Assembly: GCF_044704955.1 (NCBI RefSeq)
Contig: NC_091984.1
Span: 144,832,001 to 144,896,000, forward strand
DNA from: Pristiophorus japonicus
Taxonomy: Eukaryota
Length of the DNA stretch: 64,000 nt
Direction: 5' to 3'
Part shown: positions 47,386-60,800 of the stretch, one piece after another
Layout: each line of letters starts with the position of its first letter
Position numbering within the stretch: position 1 is the first letter of the stretch
The notes under the pieces: model-generated
What the model was told of the DNA's origin: nothing
Seen by the model: only the letters and a program-made list of their open reading frames with translations
Databases searched by the model: none
Program-made: the position numbers and the translations under genes

Positions 47386-50300
47386 TGTTATGCTCATAAT
47401 AAAAGGTGAGACCGAGTACTGTGTGTAATGAGCAAGTGTGACCTTAGCTCCTTTATTGTAGTTCCAGAGTGCAGGTACTTCGTGGGTGGCCTGCTTATAG
47501 ATTGTACTCCCAAGGGATGCTGGGATCCCTTGGAACTCCAACAGGTCGGCACTCTGGTGGACAGGTCTGATGCAGGTTACAAGGTTACAAGGGGTTAAAT
47601 ACATGACATCACTCCCCCGTGAAGTCAACAATACAATTACATGGTGAGACGATCTGGGTCTCTGCGCTCCCTTGTCGATCGTCTCAGTACAAATGTTGAT
47701 ATGATTGGGTTGGTCAGTTCTTCATTGGACTGTTGGGCAGCCGGCCTTGCCGGGCTGCTGGTGATGACGAGTTCTGTTTCCTGGTCAACTGTGATGTCAG
47801 TTGCCACTTGAGTGTGTGTTGGAAGGTCAAAGTTGGTGGTGTCCTCCTGAGGTTGTCCGTAGCTGTTGGTGAACCGCAGTTTAATTTGGTCCAAGTGTTT
47901 TCTGTGCATTTGTCCATTGGTCATTTTGACCTCAAACACCCTACTCCCCTCTTTGGATGTGATCGTGCCAGCAAGCCATTTGGGACCATGTCCAAAATTG
48001 AGCATAAACGCAGAATCATTGATCTCAATATCGCGTGACATGTTTGCGCAGTCATGTACACACTCTGTTGATGCCGCTTGTCCTCCACGTGATCATGTAG
48101 ATCAGGGTGGGCCAGAGAGAGCCTTGTTTTAAGCGCCCTTTTCATGAGCAGCTCGGCTGGGGGAATCCCTGTGAGTGAGTGGGGTCTGGTGCGGTAGCTG
48201 AGTAGTACTCGGGATAACCGGTTCGGCAGGGAGCCTTCCGACACGTGTTTCAAGCTTTGCTTGATGGTCTGAACTGCCCGTTCTGCCTGGCCGTTGGATG
48301 CAGGCTTCAACAGCGGAGATGTGACATGTTTGATCCTGTTGCGGGTCATGAATTCTTTGAATTCCGCACTAGTGAAGCATGGCCCATTGTCGCTGACTAG
48401 GACATTGGGCAGGCCTTGCGTGGCAAACATAGCTCTTAGACTTTCAATGGTGGCCGTGGACGTGCTTCCAGACATTACTGCACATTCAATCCATTTTGTG
48501 TAAGCATCCACTGTCATATATGCAACCTTCATGTAACTGTAACCTTCATGTAATAACACTGCATACTGTATATTCCTAAGAAATGCACACCTTGACCACA
48601 GGGGGTGAACCTTTGGGAGACACTGCTCATCTGGTCTTCCAGGTATATAAAGGGAGGTCCCATGCAGGGTCATCACTTCTTAAAGGTTCAGGTCACAGAC
48701 TGACCTTGTCTGCAGAATGTGCCTCATGTGAATTTATAGTAGGGTGTAAGGACATTACATTTGGCGACGAGAAACGGGAATCAACGACTCACGAGAATGG
48801 CCACCGGTAGCACAGAGGAACGGTACTATGTTGGTGAGGACTGGGACGATTTCGTTGAGAGGCTCCAGCAGAGCTTTTTCATGAAGGTCTGGCTGGGAGA
48901 TGCAGCGGCTGACAAGCGAAGGGCGCATCTACTGACCAGCTGTGGACCTTAGACTTACGCGCTGATGAAAGACTTGCTCGCAGCCGAGAAGCCGGCGGAC
49001 AAAACCTTTGAAGAGCTCAGCAAACTGATCGGTGAGCACCTCAAACCGGCGAGCAGTATACACCGACACCGAATTGATACACACTGACGTCGGGAAGGAC
49101 AGAGCATACCGGACTTCGTTGCGGACCTTCGGCGCTCGGCCAGCCTCAGTAAGTTCACAGACGCCTGCAGTGGTGACATGTTAAGGGATTTCTTTATTGA
49201 GGGCATTGGTCAGGTTGGGATTTTCAGACAGCTAATTGAGACCAAGAACTTGACCTTGGAAGCGGTGGCGTTCACGGCTCAGACCTTCATGGCAGGGGAG
49301 GAGGAAACCAAGACAACTCTGCTTCCAATGTGGCAATGGATCAGGGAGTTAACATTGTAAACGCGACTCAGAATCCCGCAGGCAGGCAAGGGCAATTCAA
49401 CACCACTCAGGCAGCAACAGACTCTAGAGTGGGTCCTCAACAGAGAGAATGGCAGGTTGAATGGACATTTACGCCATCACGGTGGACAATGCATCGCGAG
49501 ATGGGGCCATTGACACCCACTAAAAGAGCGCTCAAGAGTAATCAAAGAGACAATCAGAGAGGAATGCCTGGTAACAGCCCTTTTGTTCACAACAATCTCA
49601 GCTCATGCTGGAGGTGCGGGGGCAGACTTGCTGCAAAAACCTGTAGGTTTCAACAATTTATCTGTAGAAATTGTAACTTCAGTGGACATTTAGCCAGAAT
49701 ATGCAGGAAGCCTGCAGCGAGGCTAATTTACGAGGCAGATGAACCAGAAGAGGGGTCTGCAAGGCAGGTTGATGCTTGGGACAAAGCTCATACACCAAAA
49801 CGCCACCCATAATGATGAAAGTCCTATTAAACAGCATCCCGGTACGCATGGAGCAGGACACAGGGGCCAGCCAGCCACTTAGGAGTGTCCAACAATTCGA
49901 GAAGTTATGGCCACTCCGAGCTAGCAGACCCAAACTAGAACGCATTGACACGCAATTACGGATGTACACCAAAGAGATCATCCCAGTGCGAGGCAGTGCA
50001 ATGTTGCTGGTCACACATAATGGATCAGAGAACCAGCTGCCACTCTGGAAAATGGTCCCGTGCTATTGCGGAGGAGCTGGCTAGCCGAGATGAACTGGAA
50101 ATGGGGGGATGTGCACACCATTTCATCCGTGGAGTGAAGTTCATGCTCACAGGTCCTACAGAACTTTGAGTCACGATTTCAACCTGGTGTCGGGACTTTC
50201 AAGGGTACCAAAGTAGTGATACGCATCACCCCAGACGCCAGACCAGTGCACCACAAAGCCAGAGCTGTGCCGGATGTGATGCGTTAGAAAATTGAGAGCG

Positions 50301-53300
50301 AGTTGTACAGGTTGCTAAGAGAGGGCATAATTACGTCCGTTGAATTCAGTGACTGGGCAAGCCCCATCTTCCCTGTCCTAAAAAAGGATGGCTCGGTCAG
50401 GATCTGTGGTGACTATAAGGCCACTATCAACCGAGTGGTTCTACAAGACCAATACCCGCTTCCGAGAGCGGAGGAACTTTTTGCCATTCTGGCAGGCAGC
50501 AAGCTGTTCACCAAGTTGGACCTCACTTCGGCCTACATGACCTCGGAACTGGCCAAAGAATCCAAGCTACTGACAACCATCACCACGCACAAGGGGCTGT
50601 TTGTCTACAATAGGTGTCCATTTGGCATTCAATCAGCAGCCGCTATCTTTCAAAGGAACATGGAAAGCCTGCTCAAATCCATCCCTGGAACAATCGTATT
50701 TCATGACAACATCCTTATCACGAGTCGAGACACCGAGGAACACCTCCACAACCTGGAGGAGGTGCTACGCCGACTGGACCGAGTAGGCCTGCGACTAAAG
50801 AAGTCCAAGTGTGTGTTTTTGGTCCCAGAGGTCGAGTTTTTGGGCAGGATAGTTGCTGCAGACTGGATCCGGCCTACCGAAACCAAAGCGGAGGCGATTC
50901 GTCGTGCGCCCAGGCCGGCAACACGTCAGAGTTGCGTGCACTTCTGGGGCTCTTGAACTATTTCGGGAACTTACTGACGAACTTAAGCACATTGTTGGAG
51001 CTGCTACACATACTCCTGTGTAAGGGTTGCGATTGGTTTTGGGGGTCTGTCAGGAACGGGCTTTCAATCGGGCGCGGAACCTGCTTTGTTCAAATAAGCT
51101 GTTGACCCTGTACAAACCCTGTAAGAAATTGGTTTTGACATGTGATGCACCATCCTATGGGGTTGGGTGCGTGTTGCAGCAGAGTAATGATGAGGGCCAA
51201 CTCCAAGCTGTGGCTTATGCCTCCAGGCCGCTCTCCCAAGCAGAACGGGGATATGGGATGGTTGAAAAGGAAGCACTCGCATGTGTCTACGGGGTGAAAA
51301 AGATGCACAATACCTTTTTGGCAGAAGGTTTGAGTTAGAAGCGGACCACAAGCCGTTAACATCCCTGTTGTCAGACAACAAAGCTGTCAATGCCAATGTG
51401 TCAGCTCGCATACAGCGATGGGCTCTCACGCTGGCTGCGTATGACTACACCATACGGCACCGGCCAGACACCGGAAATTGCGCTGACGCGCTCAGCAGGC
51501 TTCCACTGGCCACCACAGAGGGGGCAGCGGAGCAAAGTGCTGAGATAGTCATGGCTGTCGATGCCTTTGACAGCGCAGGCTCCCCCATCACAGCCCGCCT
51601 GATCAAAATCTGGACCAACAGAGACCCCCTCCTATCCTTGATTAAGAAATGTGTCCTGCCTGGGGATTTGCCGCCTGCACATGGAGCATGACCCGAGGAG
51701 GTCAGACCGTTTCACAGACAGATGGATGAGCTCTCCATCCAAGCCGACTGCCTACTATGGGGCAGCCGGGTAGTCATGCCCCAGAGGGGTAGGGAAGCAT
51801 TCATCAGGGAACTCCACAGCGACCAGCCAGGCATCGTGCTAATGAAGGCCATTGCCCGGTCACATGTATGGTGGCCGGGAATTGACTCGCACCTGGAACA
51901 CTGTGTTCACAGGTGCACGACGTGTATCCAGCTGGGCAATGCCCCCAGGGAGGCCCCACTCAGCCCGTGGCCCTTGCCCACCAGGCCATGGTCACGTATT
52001 CACGTAGACTACGCGGGCTCGTTCATGGGAAAAATGTTCCTCATTGTTGTTCCTCAATGGATCGAGTGCATCATATTGAATTTGTGTACGACATCCACCA
52101 CTGTGGAGAGTCTGCATGTGGTCTTAGCGACCCACGGCTTGCCGGACATCCTGGTTAGCGACAATGGCCCGTGTTTCACTCGCTATGAATTCCGGGAATT
52201 CATGTCGCGTAATGACATCAAACATGTCAGGACAGCACCGTTCAAGCCGGCTTCCAATGGCCAGGCAGAACGTGAGGTCCAAATCATAAAACAAGGCATG
52301 CTCCAGATTCAAGGACCCTCTCTTCAATGCCACCTATCGTGCCTCCTGCTGGCCTATAAGTCCCGACCACATTCACTCACGGGAGTCCCGCCCATGGAAC
52401 TACTCATGAAACGTACACTTACAACTCGGCTGTCCTTCATTCATTCAGTCCTGTCAGACATTGTTGAGGGCAAGCGCCAGTCCCAAAATGAGTGCCATGA
52501 CCGTAACTCAAAGGGGAGATGCATAGAAATCGATGACCCTGTATTTGTTCTTCATCACGCTTTGGGGCCCAAGTGGCTTGAGGGTACTGTAATTGATAAA
52601 GAGGGGAATAGGGTCATAATGGTCAGACTTAGAAATGGACAGATATGCCACAAGCATGTGGACCAAGTAAAACAAAGGTTCAGCATGGACACTGAGGAAC
52701 CTGTGGAAGATCATGAGATGTTGCCCACACCACTGCCAGTGAACGAGCAACAAGAACATTCAGCAGCATGCACAGTTCCTGTGGCCAGCCCGGACAAGCC
52801 GGAATCACCACAGGTGACAGACGCAAATCAAAGGCTCAACAACCAGAACCCCAACTGCGGCGCTCCACGAGAGAACGTCGGCCGCCTGAAATACTTAATC
52901 TTTAACCCCATAAGACGTTGGGGTGAATGTCATGTATGTAACCTTCATGTAACTGTGACCTTCATGTAATAACACTGCATACTATATACACCAAAGAAAT
53001 GCACACCTTGACCACAGCGGGTGAACTTGTGGAAGACACTCCTCACCTGGTCATCCAGGTATATAAAGGGAGGTCCCACGCAGGGTCATCACTTCTTGGT
53101 CCTGTGAATAAAGAGTGACCTTGTCTGCAGAATGTGCCTCATGTGAATATAAATAATAGTGTGTAAGGACATTACATCCACGACAACCAAAAACATTTTG
53201 CCGAAGAATGGGCCTGCACAGTCTACATGGATCCTCGACCACAGTTTGGATAGCCAGGACCATAAACTTAGTGGTGCCTCTCTGGGTGCATTGCTCAACT

Positions 53301-54837
53301 GAGAGCAAGTGTTGCACTGGCGTACACAAGACTCTAAATCTGAGTCGATGCCTGGCCACCACACGTGGGATCAGGCTATGGCTTTCATCATTATGATGCC
53401 TGAGTGGGTGCTGTGTAGTTCCCCAATAAATGTGTCTCTGCTTTTCTTGGGCAATACCACAGGATTGCCCCACAAGAGACAGTCCGTCTGCAGGGACAGC
53501 TCATCTTTGCGTCTATGGAATGGCTTAATCGCTTCCTGCATCTCCACTGGGACACTGGACCAGTTCCCATGGAGGACACAGTTTTTTACCAGGGCCAGTA
53601 AAGGATCCTGGCTGGTCCAGGTCCTGATCTGGCGGGCCGTAATGGGGGATTTCTCATTCTCAAATGCCTCCATGACCATAAGCAAGTCCGCTGGCTGTGC
53701 CATTTCCACCCCAGTGGTGGGCAACGGTAGCCGAATGAGAGCATCTGTGCAGTTCTCTGTGCCCGGTCTGTGGCGAATTACATAGTTGTATGCCAACAGC
53801 ATGAGCGCCCATCTTTGGATGCAGGCAGAGGCATTGGTATTGATCCTTTGCTCTCCGAGAATAGCGATATGAGCGGCTTGTGGTCTGTTTCAAGTTCGAA
53901 CATCAGGCCAAGCAAGTACTGGTGCATTTTTTTTACCCTGTAAACACACGCCAGAGCCTCTTTTTCAATCATGCTGTAGGCCCCTTCGGCCTTGGACAAA
54001 CTCCTAGATGCATATGCAACCGGTTGCAAAATCCCCAATTCATTAGTCTGTTGTTACACACACCCGACCCTGTATGACGACGCATCGCAAGCTAACACTA
54101 GTCGTTTACATGGGTTATACAGGACAAGCAGTTTGTTAGAACACAGTAAATTTCTGGCTTTCTTAAAAGCAGCCTCTTGTGAATTCCCCCATACCCAGTC
54201 GTCTCCCCTGCGCAGTAGCGCATGCAAGGGTTCTAGTAGGGTGCTTAACCCAGGTAGGAAATTACCGAAGTAGTTCAGGAGTCCCAGAAACGACCACAGT
54301 TCCATCCCGTTCTGTGGTCACAGCGTGTTCTTGATGGCCTCCGTCTTGGCGTCGGGCGGTCTGATGCCATCTGCTGCGATCCTTCTTCCGAAGAATTCTA
54401 CCTCCTGTGCCAGGAATACACACTGCAAGCGTTTCAACCTGAGCCCCACGCGATCCAACCGACTAAGAACCTCATCCATAGTGCTCCATAGTGTCCCGAC
54501 CTGTAACCAATATGTTGTCCTGGAAGTGTACAAGGAACCGACTTTAGCAGGCTTTCCATGTTTTGCTGGAAGATTGCTACAGCCGACCGAATCCCGAACG
54601 GGCACCGGTTCTAAATGAATAGACCTTTGTGCGAGTTGATGCAGGTGGGGCCTTTTGTAGACTCCTCCAGCTCCTGCGTCATGTAGGCTGAGGTCAGGTC
54701 CAGCTTGTGAACATCTTCCCTCCAGCAAGGTCGCAAATAGGGCGTCTGCCTTGGGTAGAGAAAAACAGTTAATTGTTACTTTATAGTCACCGCAAATTCT
54801 AACTGTACTATCCTCCTTGAGTATCGGAACAATCGGA
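47386..54837 (-). mobile_element. Host Gypsy (Mag-like) element: 3' LTR 47386-47608, PPT, IN, RH, partial RT; 5'-truncated
   Basis: TG..CA LTR preceded by GGGGGAGTGA; VSDNGPCFTS..PASNGQAERAV; ACDASSY, ETDHKPL; RICGDYKVTIN. Confidence 0.9.
48512..53176 (+). mobile_element. Complete but decayed Gypsy (Mag-like) LTR retrotransposon nested in the host integrase
   Basis: LTRs 48512-48759 and 52928-53176, TSD TCCAC, PBS TGGCGACGAG. Gag with two CCHC-like motifs, DTGA protease, RT (RICGDYK, KLDL), RH, IN. Many stops and frameshifts. Confidence 0.95.
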
Positions 54838-57800
54838 ACTAGTAGAGTGCCTGAGGGCTCAGTGCTGGGACCCCAGCTCTTTACAATATATATTAATGAT
54901 TTAGATGATGGAATTGAGTGTAATATGTCCAAGTTTGCAGATGACACTAAACTGGGTGGCGGTATGTGCTGTGAGGAGGACGCTAAGAGTGATTTGGACA
55001 GGTTAGGCGAGTGGGCAAATACATGGCAGATGCAGTATAATGTGGATAAATGTGAGGTTATCCATTTTGGGGGCAAAAACACAAAGGCAGAATATTATCT
55101 GAATGGCGGCAGATTACGAAAAGGGGAGGTGCAATGAGACCTGGGTGTCATGGTTCATCAGTCATTGACGGTTGGCAGGCACGTACAGCAGGCGGTGAAG
55201 AAGGCAAATGGTATGTTGGCCTTCATAGCAAGGGGATTTGAGTATAAGAGCAGGGAAGTCTTACTGCAGTTGTACAGGGCCTTGGTGAGGCCTCACCTGG
55301 AATATTTTGTTCAGTTTTGGTCTCCTAATCTGAGGAAGGACGTTCTTGCTATTGAGGGAGTGCAGCGAAGGTTCACCAGACTGATTCCAGGGATGGCTGG
55401 ACTGACATATGAGGAGAGATTGGATCAACTGAGCCTTTATACACTGGAGTTTAGAAGGATGAGAGGGGATCTCGTAGAAACATAAAAGATTCTGACTGAA
55501 CTGTACAGGTTCGATGCAGGAAGAGTGTTTCCACTGTTGGGGAAGTCCAGATCCAGGGAACACAGTCTTAGGATAAGGGGCAGGCCATTTCGGAAGGAGG
55601 TGCGGAGAAACTTCTTCACTCAGAGAGTTGTTAACCTGTGGAATTCCCTGCCACAGAGAGTTGTTGTTCATTGGATATGTTCAAGAGGAAGTTAGATATG
55701 GCCCTTGCAGCTAAAGGGATCAAGGGGTATGGAGAGAAAGCAGGAAAGGGGTACTGAAAAAATGATCAGCCATGTTCTTATTGAATGGTGGTGCAGGCTC
55801 GAAGGGCCTATTCCTGCACCTATTTTCAATGTTTCTATGTTTCTATCCTCATCCACCCTCTGTTACCTCATCAAAAAATGCAATCAAGTTCGTCACATGA
55901 TTTGCCCGTAACCACTAGGTGCTGCCTCTCCGTTATTGGTCCGTGCTTATCCACATGGCTGCTCATTTTCTCGCGGATTATTGACCTTGAAGCTCCCTCA
56001 CCATAATGTTAAACTGCTCGGCCTGTCATTGGCAGCTTTATCCCTCTCCCCTTTTTTGAACAAGGGTGTAATATTTACAATCCTCAGTCCCCTGGCCCCT
56101 GTATCTAATGAGGATTGGACGATTGTGGTCCGCCACTCTGCACTTTCTACCTTTCCCTCAGTATCCGAGGATGGCTCCTGTCCGCACCGGGTTACTTATC
56201 CACTTTAATTATTTCCATCCTTTCCAGTACCTCCTCTTTATCTACTTTTATCATCCAGTATCCCAACAGCCTCCTCGTTTACTGTAGTTTGGACAAGTCC
56301 CCTTCCTTGGTAAACACTGGTGCACAGCGTCATTCAGTACCTCAGCGATACCTTCTGCCTCCACCAATCGATCTGTATTGTGCTCCCTAATCGGCCCCAC
56401 TGCACCTCTGACAACCCTTTCACTGTTAATATGCCGATCGCCGTCCCGTCCTTTGTTCTCCAAAAGGAACGCTGAGGTGCTACCCCAGGGTAGTGACAGG
56501 GGGTACATGGAGCAAGAACATGTGTCTTCTCTCAGGCTGTGAGCATTCATCCTGCCCCCACTCCCCCTCCCCCCACTGCCACTCCCCTCCCCGCACTGCC
56601 ACTCCCCCTCCACCGCTGTCACTCCCCCCTCACCCCACTTCCCTGCCCCCACTGCCACTCCCCCTCCCCCCACTGCCACTCCCCCTCCATCCACTGCCAC
56701 TCCCCTTCCCCCACTGCCACTCCCTCCACTGCCACCTCTCCCTCCCCTGCCACCACTCCCCTCCCCCCACTGCCACTCCCCTCCCTCCACTCCCCATCCC
56801 CCCACTGCCACTACCCTCCCCACACTGCCGCTCCCCCACCTCCCACAGCCACTCCCCCTCCTCCCACTGCCACTCCCACTCCCCCACTGCCGCTGCCCCA
56901 ACCCCCACAGCCACTCCCCTCCTCCCACAGCAACTCCCCTCCTCCCACTGCCACTCCCCCTCCCCCACTGCCACTCCCATTCCCCCCACTGCCACTCCCC
57001 TCCACCCACTGCCACTCCCCCACTGCCACACCCCTCCCCCCACTGCTACTCCTCCTCCCCCACTGCCACTCCCCCTCCCCCACTGCCACTTCCCCTTCCC
57101 CCACTGTCCCTCCCCCTCCCCCCACTGCCACTCCCCCTCCCCCCACTGCCACTCACCCACCCCCCACTGCCCCTCCCCGGCCTGCCACTTCCCCTTCCCC
57201 CACTCCCCCTCCCTCCATGCCACTCCCGCCCCCCCCCACTGCCACTCCTCTCCCCCCACTGCCACACCCCCTCCCCCCACTGCCACTCCCGCTACTGCCA
57301 CTCCCCCCTTCGCTACTGCCACTCCCCCCTTCCCCACTACCACACCCCTCCCCCACTTCCCCCACTCCCCTCCCCCTCCCCTCATGCCGCTCCCCCTCCC
57401 CCCACTGTCCCTCCCCCTCCCCCCACTGCCACTCCCCCTACCCCCACTGCCCTCCCCCCACTGCCACTTCCCCTTCCCCCACTGCCCCTCCCCCTCCCCC
57501 CACTGCCACTCCCCCTCCCCCCACTGCCAGTCCCCCTCCCCCCACTGCCCCTCCCCCCATTGCTACTTCCCCTTCCCCCACTCCCCCTCCCCCCACTGCC
57601 TTTCCCCGCTCCCCCCACTGCCACTCCACTGCCGCCCCAGGCCGAGATGGGGCAGTCTACAGCCGGGCACTCTAGGCCCAGAGCTGCTCGAGATGGTCCG
57701 GCAAGGCCATCCGCAGCCTCCCCCACTGAAAGTCAGCAGCCTTCCACCACCTATGCTGCAGCCCCTGGGTTAGCACTGTACAGGAGCACTCACTGGGACA

Positions 57801-60800
57801 GCCAAAGACACACGCAAGGCACCCACTGAGGGTATTCACAACGGGGTTAGTTGAGTTTGTGATGTAATATTGGATGGATTGTTATATAACGTTGGGTTGG
57901 AATGTTTGTGTTGGGGGGGCCTTTATTGTGGCTGTGGGGCCAAGTGCTGGGTGTGATGGTCAGTTAGAGAGGGACAGCAAAGTGTGGGACTATTGGTCAA
58001 TGGGGAGTGGGGGTTGGGTTCACTGGTACCACACTCGGAGGATTCGATCATGGACAGCCCGGGCAGAAAGGGGCTGTCTGGGTCACTACTCCCTTCCACT
58101 TCATCCTCCTCTTCCTTTTCCTCCTCCCCAGCTGCTCACTGTACACCTGGTGACAAGGACAGTGCCCTCCTGATGGTCGAGGTTGTGGGGCACGCAGCGG
58201 GCCACGAACAATCAGGACACATGTTCTGGTGAGTACAGCAGCACTCCTCCAGAGCGGCCCAGGCCGTGGAAGCATTGTTTCAGGACACCAATGTTCTGCT
58301 CCATCAGATTGTGTGTGGCAGCATGGCTCTCATTGTCCTCATGCTGCCCACGTGTGGTTGGGTTGTGGAGCAGAGTCATGGAGCCCATGGTCAGTGGATA
58401 GCCCTTGTCGCCCAGTAGCCAGCCTCTGGTTTGTCTCGGTGGCTCAAAGACTGAGGGGGCAGCGGCCTGGTGCAGAATAAAAGCATTGTGACTGCTGCCA
58501 GGATACCGGGCATTCAGCATCATGATACGGATAGAATGGACCCATTTCCCTCAGCAGAGGGGTCAACAACCAGGGGGCATAGATTTAAAGTAATTGGTGG
58601 CAGGTTTAGAGGGGAGATGAGGAAACAATTCTTCACCCAGAGGGTGGTGGGGGTCTGGAACTCACTGCCTGAAAGGGTGGGAGAGGCAGAAACCCTCACC
58701 ACATTTAAAAAGTACTTGGATGTGCCCTTAAAGCGCCGTAACCCACAGGGCTACGGATCCAGAGCTGGAAAGTGGGATTAGGCTGGGTAGCTCTTTGTTG
58801 GCCGGCGCGGACATGATGGGTCGAAATGGCCTCCTTCCGTGCTGTAATTTTCTGTGATTCTATGATCGTGCTGGCGGTGTTGACCACTTTAAAAGTCGCA
58901 GCATACATTTTATTGAAGCTATTTCCGTCCCCGGTTTCCGCGCTGCCAATAATTGGATCAATCGATGTTGTAGTGCCCCCTTGTGGTACATCTATATGGG
59001 CTCCACACAAACCCCTGCTTTCAACCCTTGAACCCACATTGCCTACGCTAGCTGGAGCCCCGCTCCTTCGTCACAGCATCTCACAGCATAGAGGGAGGCC
59101 ATTTGTCCCGTCAAACCTGTGCTGGCTCTTTGAAAGAGCTATGGACTACTATGGCCTGGACCAATGATCCAGAGACACGAGTTCAAATCCCACCATGGCA
59201 GCTGGGGAATTTAAATTCAGTTCATTAAATAAATCTGGAATACAAAGCTAGCGTCAGTAATGGTGACCATGAAACTGCCGGATTGTCGTAAAAACCCATC
59301 TACCTGGCCTGCTACCTTCAGGGATCTGTGGACATGCAAACCAAGGTCCCTTTGTTCCTCTACACCTTTCAGTGTCCTGCCATTTAATGTGTATTCCCTT
59401 GCCTCGTTAGCCCAAATGCATGATCTCACACTTCTCCGGATTAAATTCCATTTGCCATTGTTCTGCCCACCTGAACATTTCATTGATATATTCCTGCAAT
59501 CTACAGCTTTCTTCTTCATTATCAACCACACGGCCGATTTTACTATCATCGAACAAAATTCTTAATCATACCCCCTACATTCAAGTCTAAATCCTCGATA
59601 GACACCACAAAAAGCAAGGGACCTTGTACTGAGCCCTGCGGAATCCCAAGGGAAACAGCCTTCCAGTCACAAAAACACCCATCAACCATTACACTTTGCT
59701 TCCTGCCTCTGAGACAATTTTGGATCTAACTTGCCACTTTGCCCTGGATCCCATGGGCTTTTACTTTCGATACCAGTCTGAAGAGTGGGACCTTCTCAAA
59801 AGTCTTGCTAAAATCCATAGTCACTACATCAAACGCACAGCCCTCATCGACCCTCCACACACAGATTACCTTTATGGTCTCAATTAGGCCAATCTCTTTC
59901 TTTAATTATCCTCCTGCTCTTAATGTATTTATAAAACATTTTTGGGTTTTCCTTGATTTTACTTGCCAAAATGTTTTCATTCTCTCTCTTTGCTTTCCTA
60001 ATTTCCTTTCCAATTGTACCCCTGCACTTTCTATACTCCTCTAAAGTTCCTGCAGTATTGAGCCCTCGGTATCTGTCACAAGCCTCCCTTTTTTACTTTA
60101 TCCTACACTGTATTTCACTTGACATCCAGGGCCACTAGATTTGTTAGTCCCACCCTTTTTCTTTAAGGGAACAGACTTACTCTGAAACCACAGGATTTCC
60201 TCCTTGAATGCCTCCCACTGCTCAGATATTGATTTACCTTCAAGTAGCCATTTCCAGTCCACTTTGGCCAAATCTCATCTCAGCTCAGCAAAATTGGCTT
60301 TTCCCCAACTGAGAACTTTTATTCCTGGTCTATCTTTGTCCTTTTCCATAACTACCTTAAATCTAACTGAATTATGATCACTCGCACCAAAATGCTCTCC
60401 CACTGATACCCCTTCCACCTGCCCCTTTTCATCCCCCAAAACCAAGTCCAGAACCGTCCCCTCCCTTGTCGGGCTTGATACATACTGGCTACAAAAGTTC
60501 TCCTAAATGCATTTTAAGGAATTCCGCAACCTCTATACCTTTCACACTAATTTTAATATTAGGGTAGTTGAAATCCCCTACTCTTACTGCCTTATAGTTT
60601 TTGCAATTGTCAGAAATGTGCCCACATATTTGCTCTTCTCTCTCCCTCTGACTGTTTGGGGGTCTATAGTACACTCCCAGCAGTGTGATTACCCCTTTTT
60701 CATTCTTCAATTCGACCTATATGGCCTCATTTGATGATCCTTCCGACATATCATCCCTCCTCACAGCTGTCATTGTTTCTTTCAATTGTTTCACAACTGC

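Noticed and set aside
54318-55082. 254-aa ORF as a novel gene
   Set aside because: Artefact spanning the duplication junction: antisense CR1 fused to frameshifted Gypsy RT.
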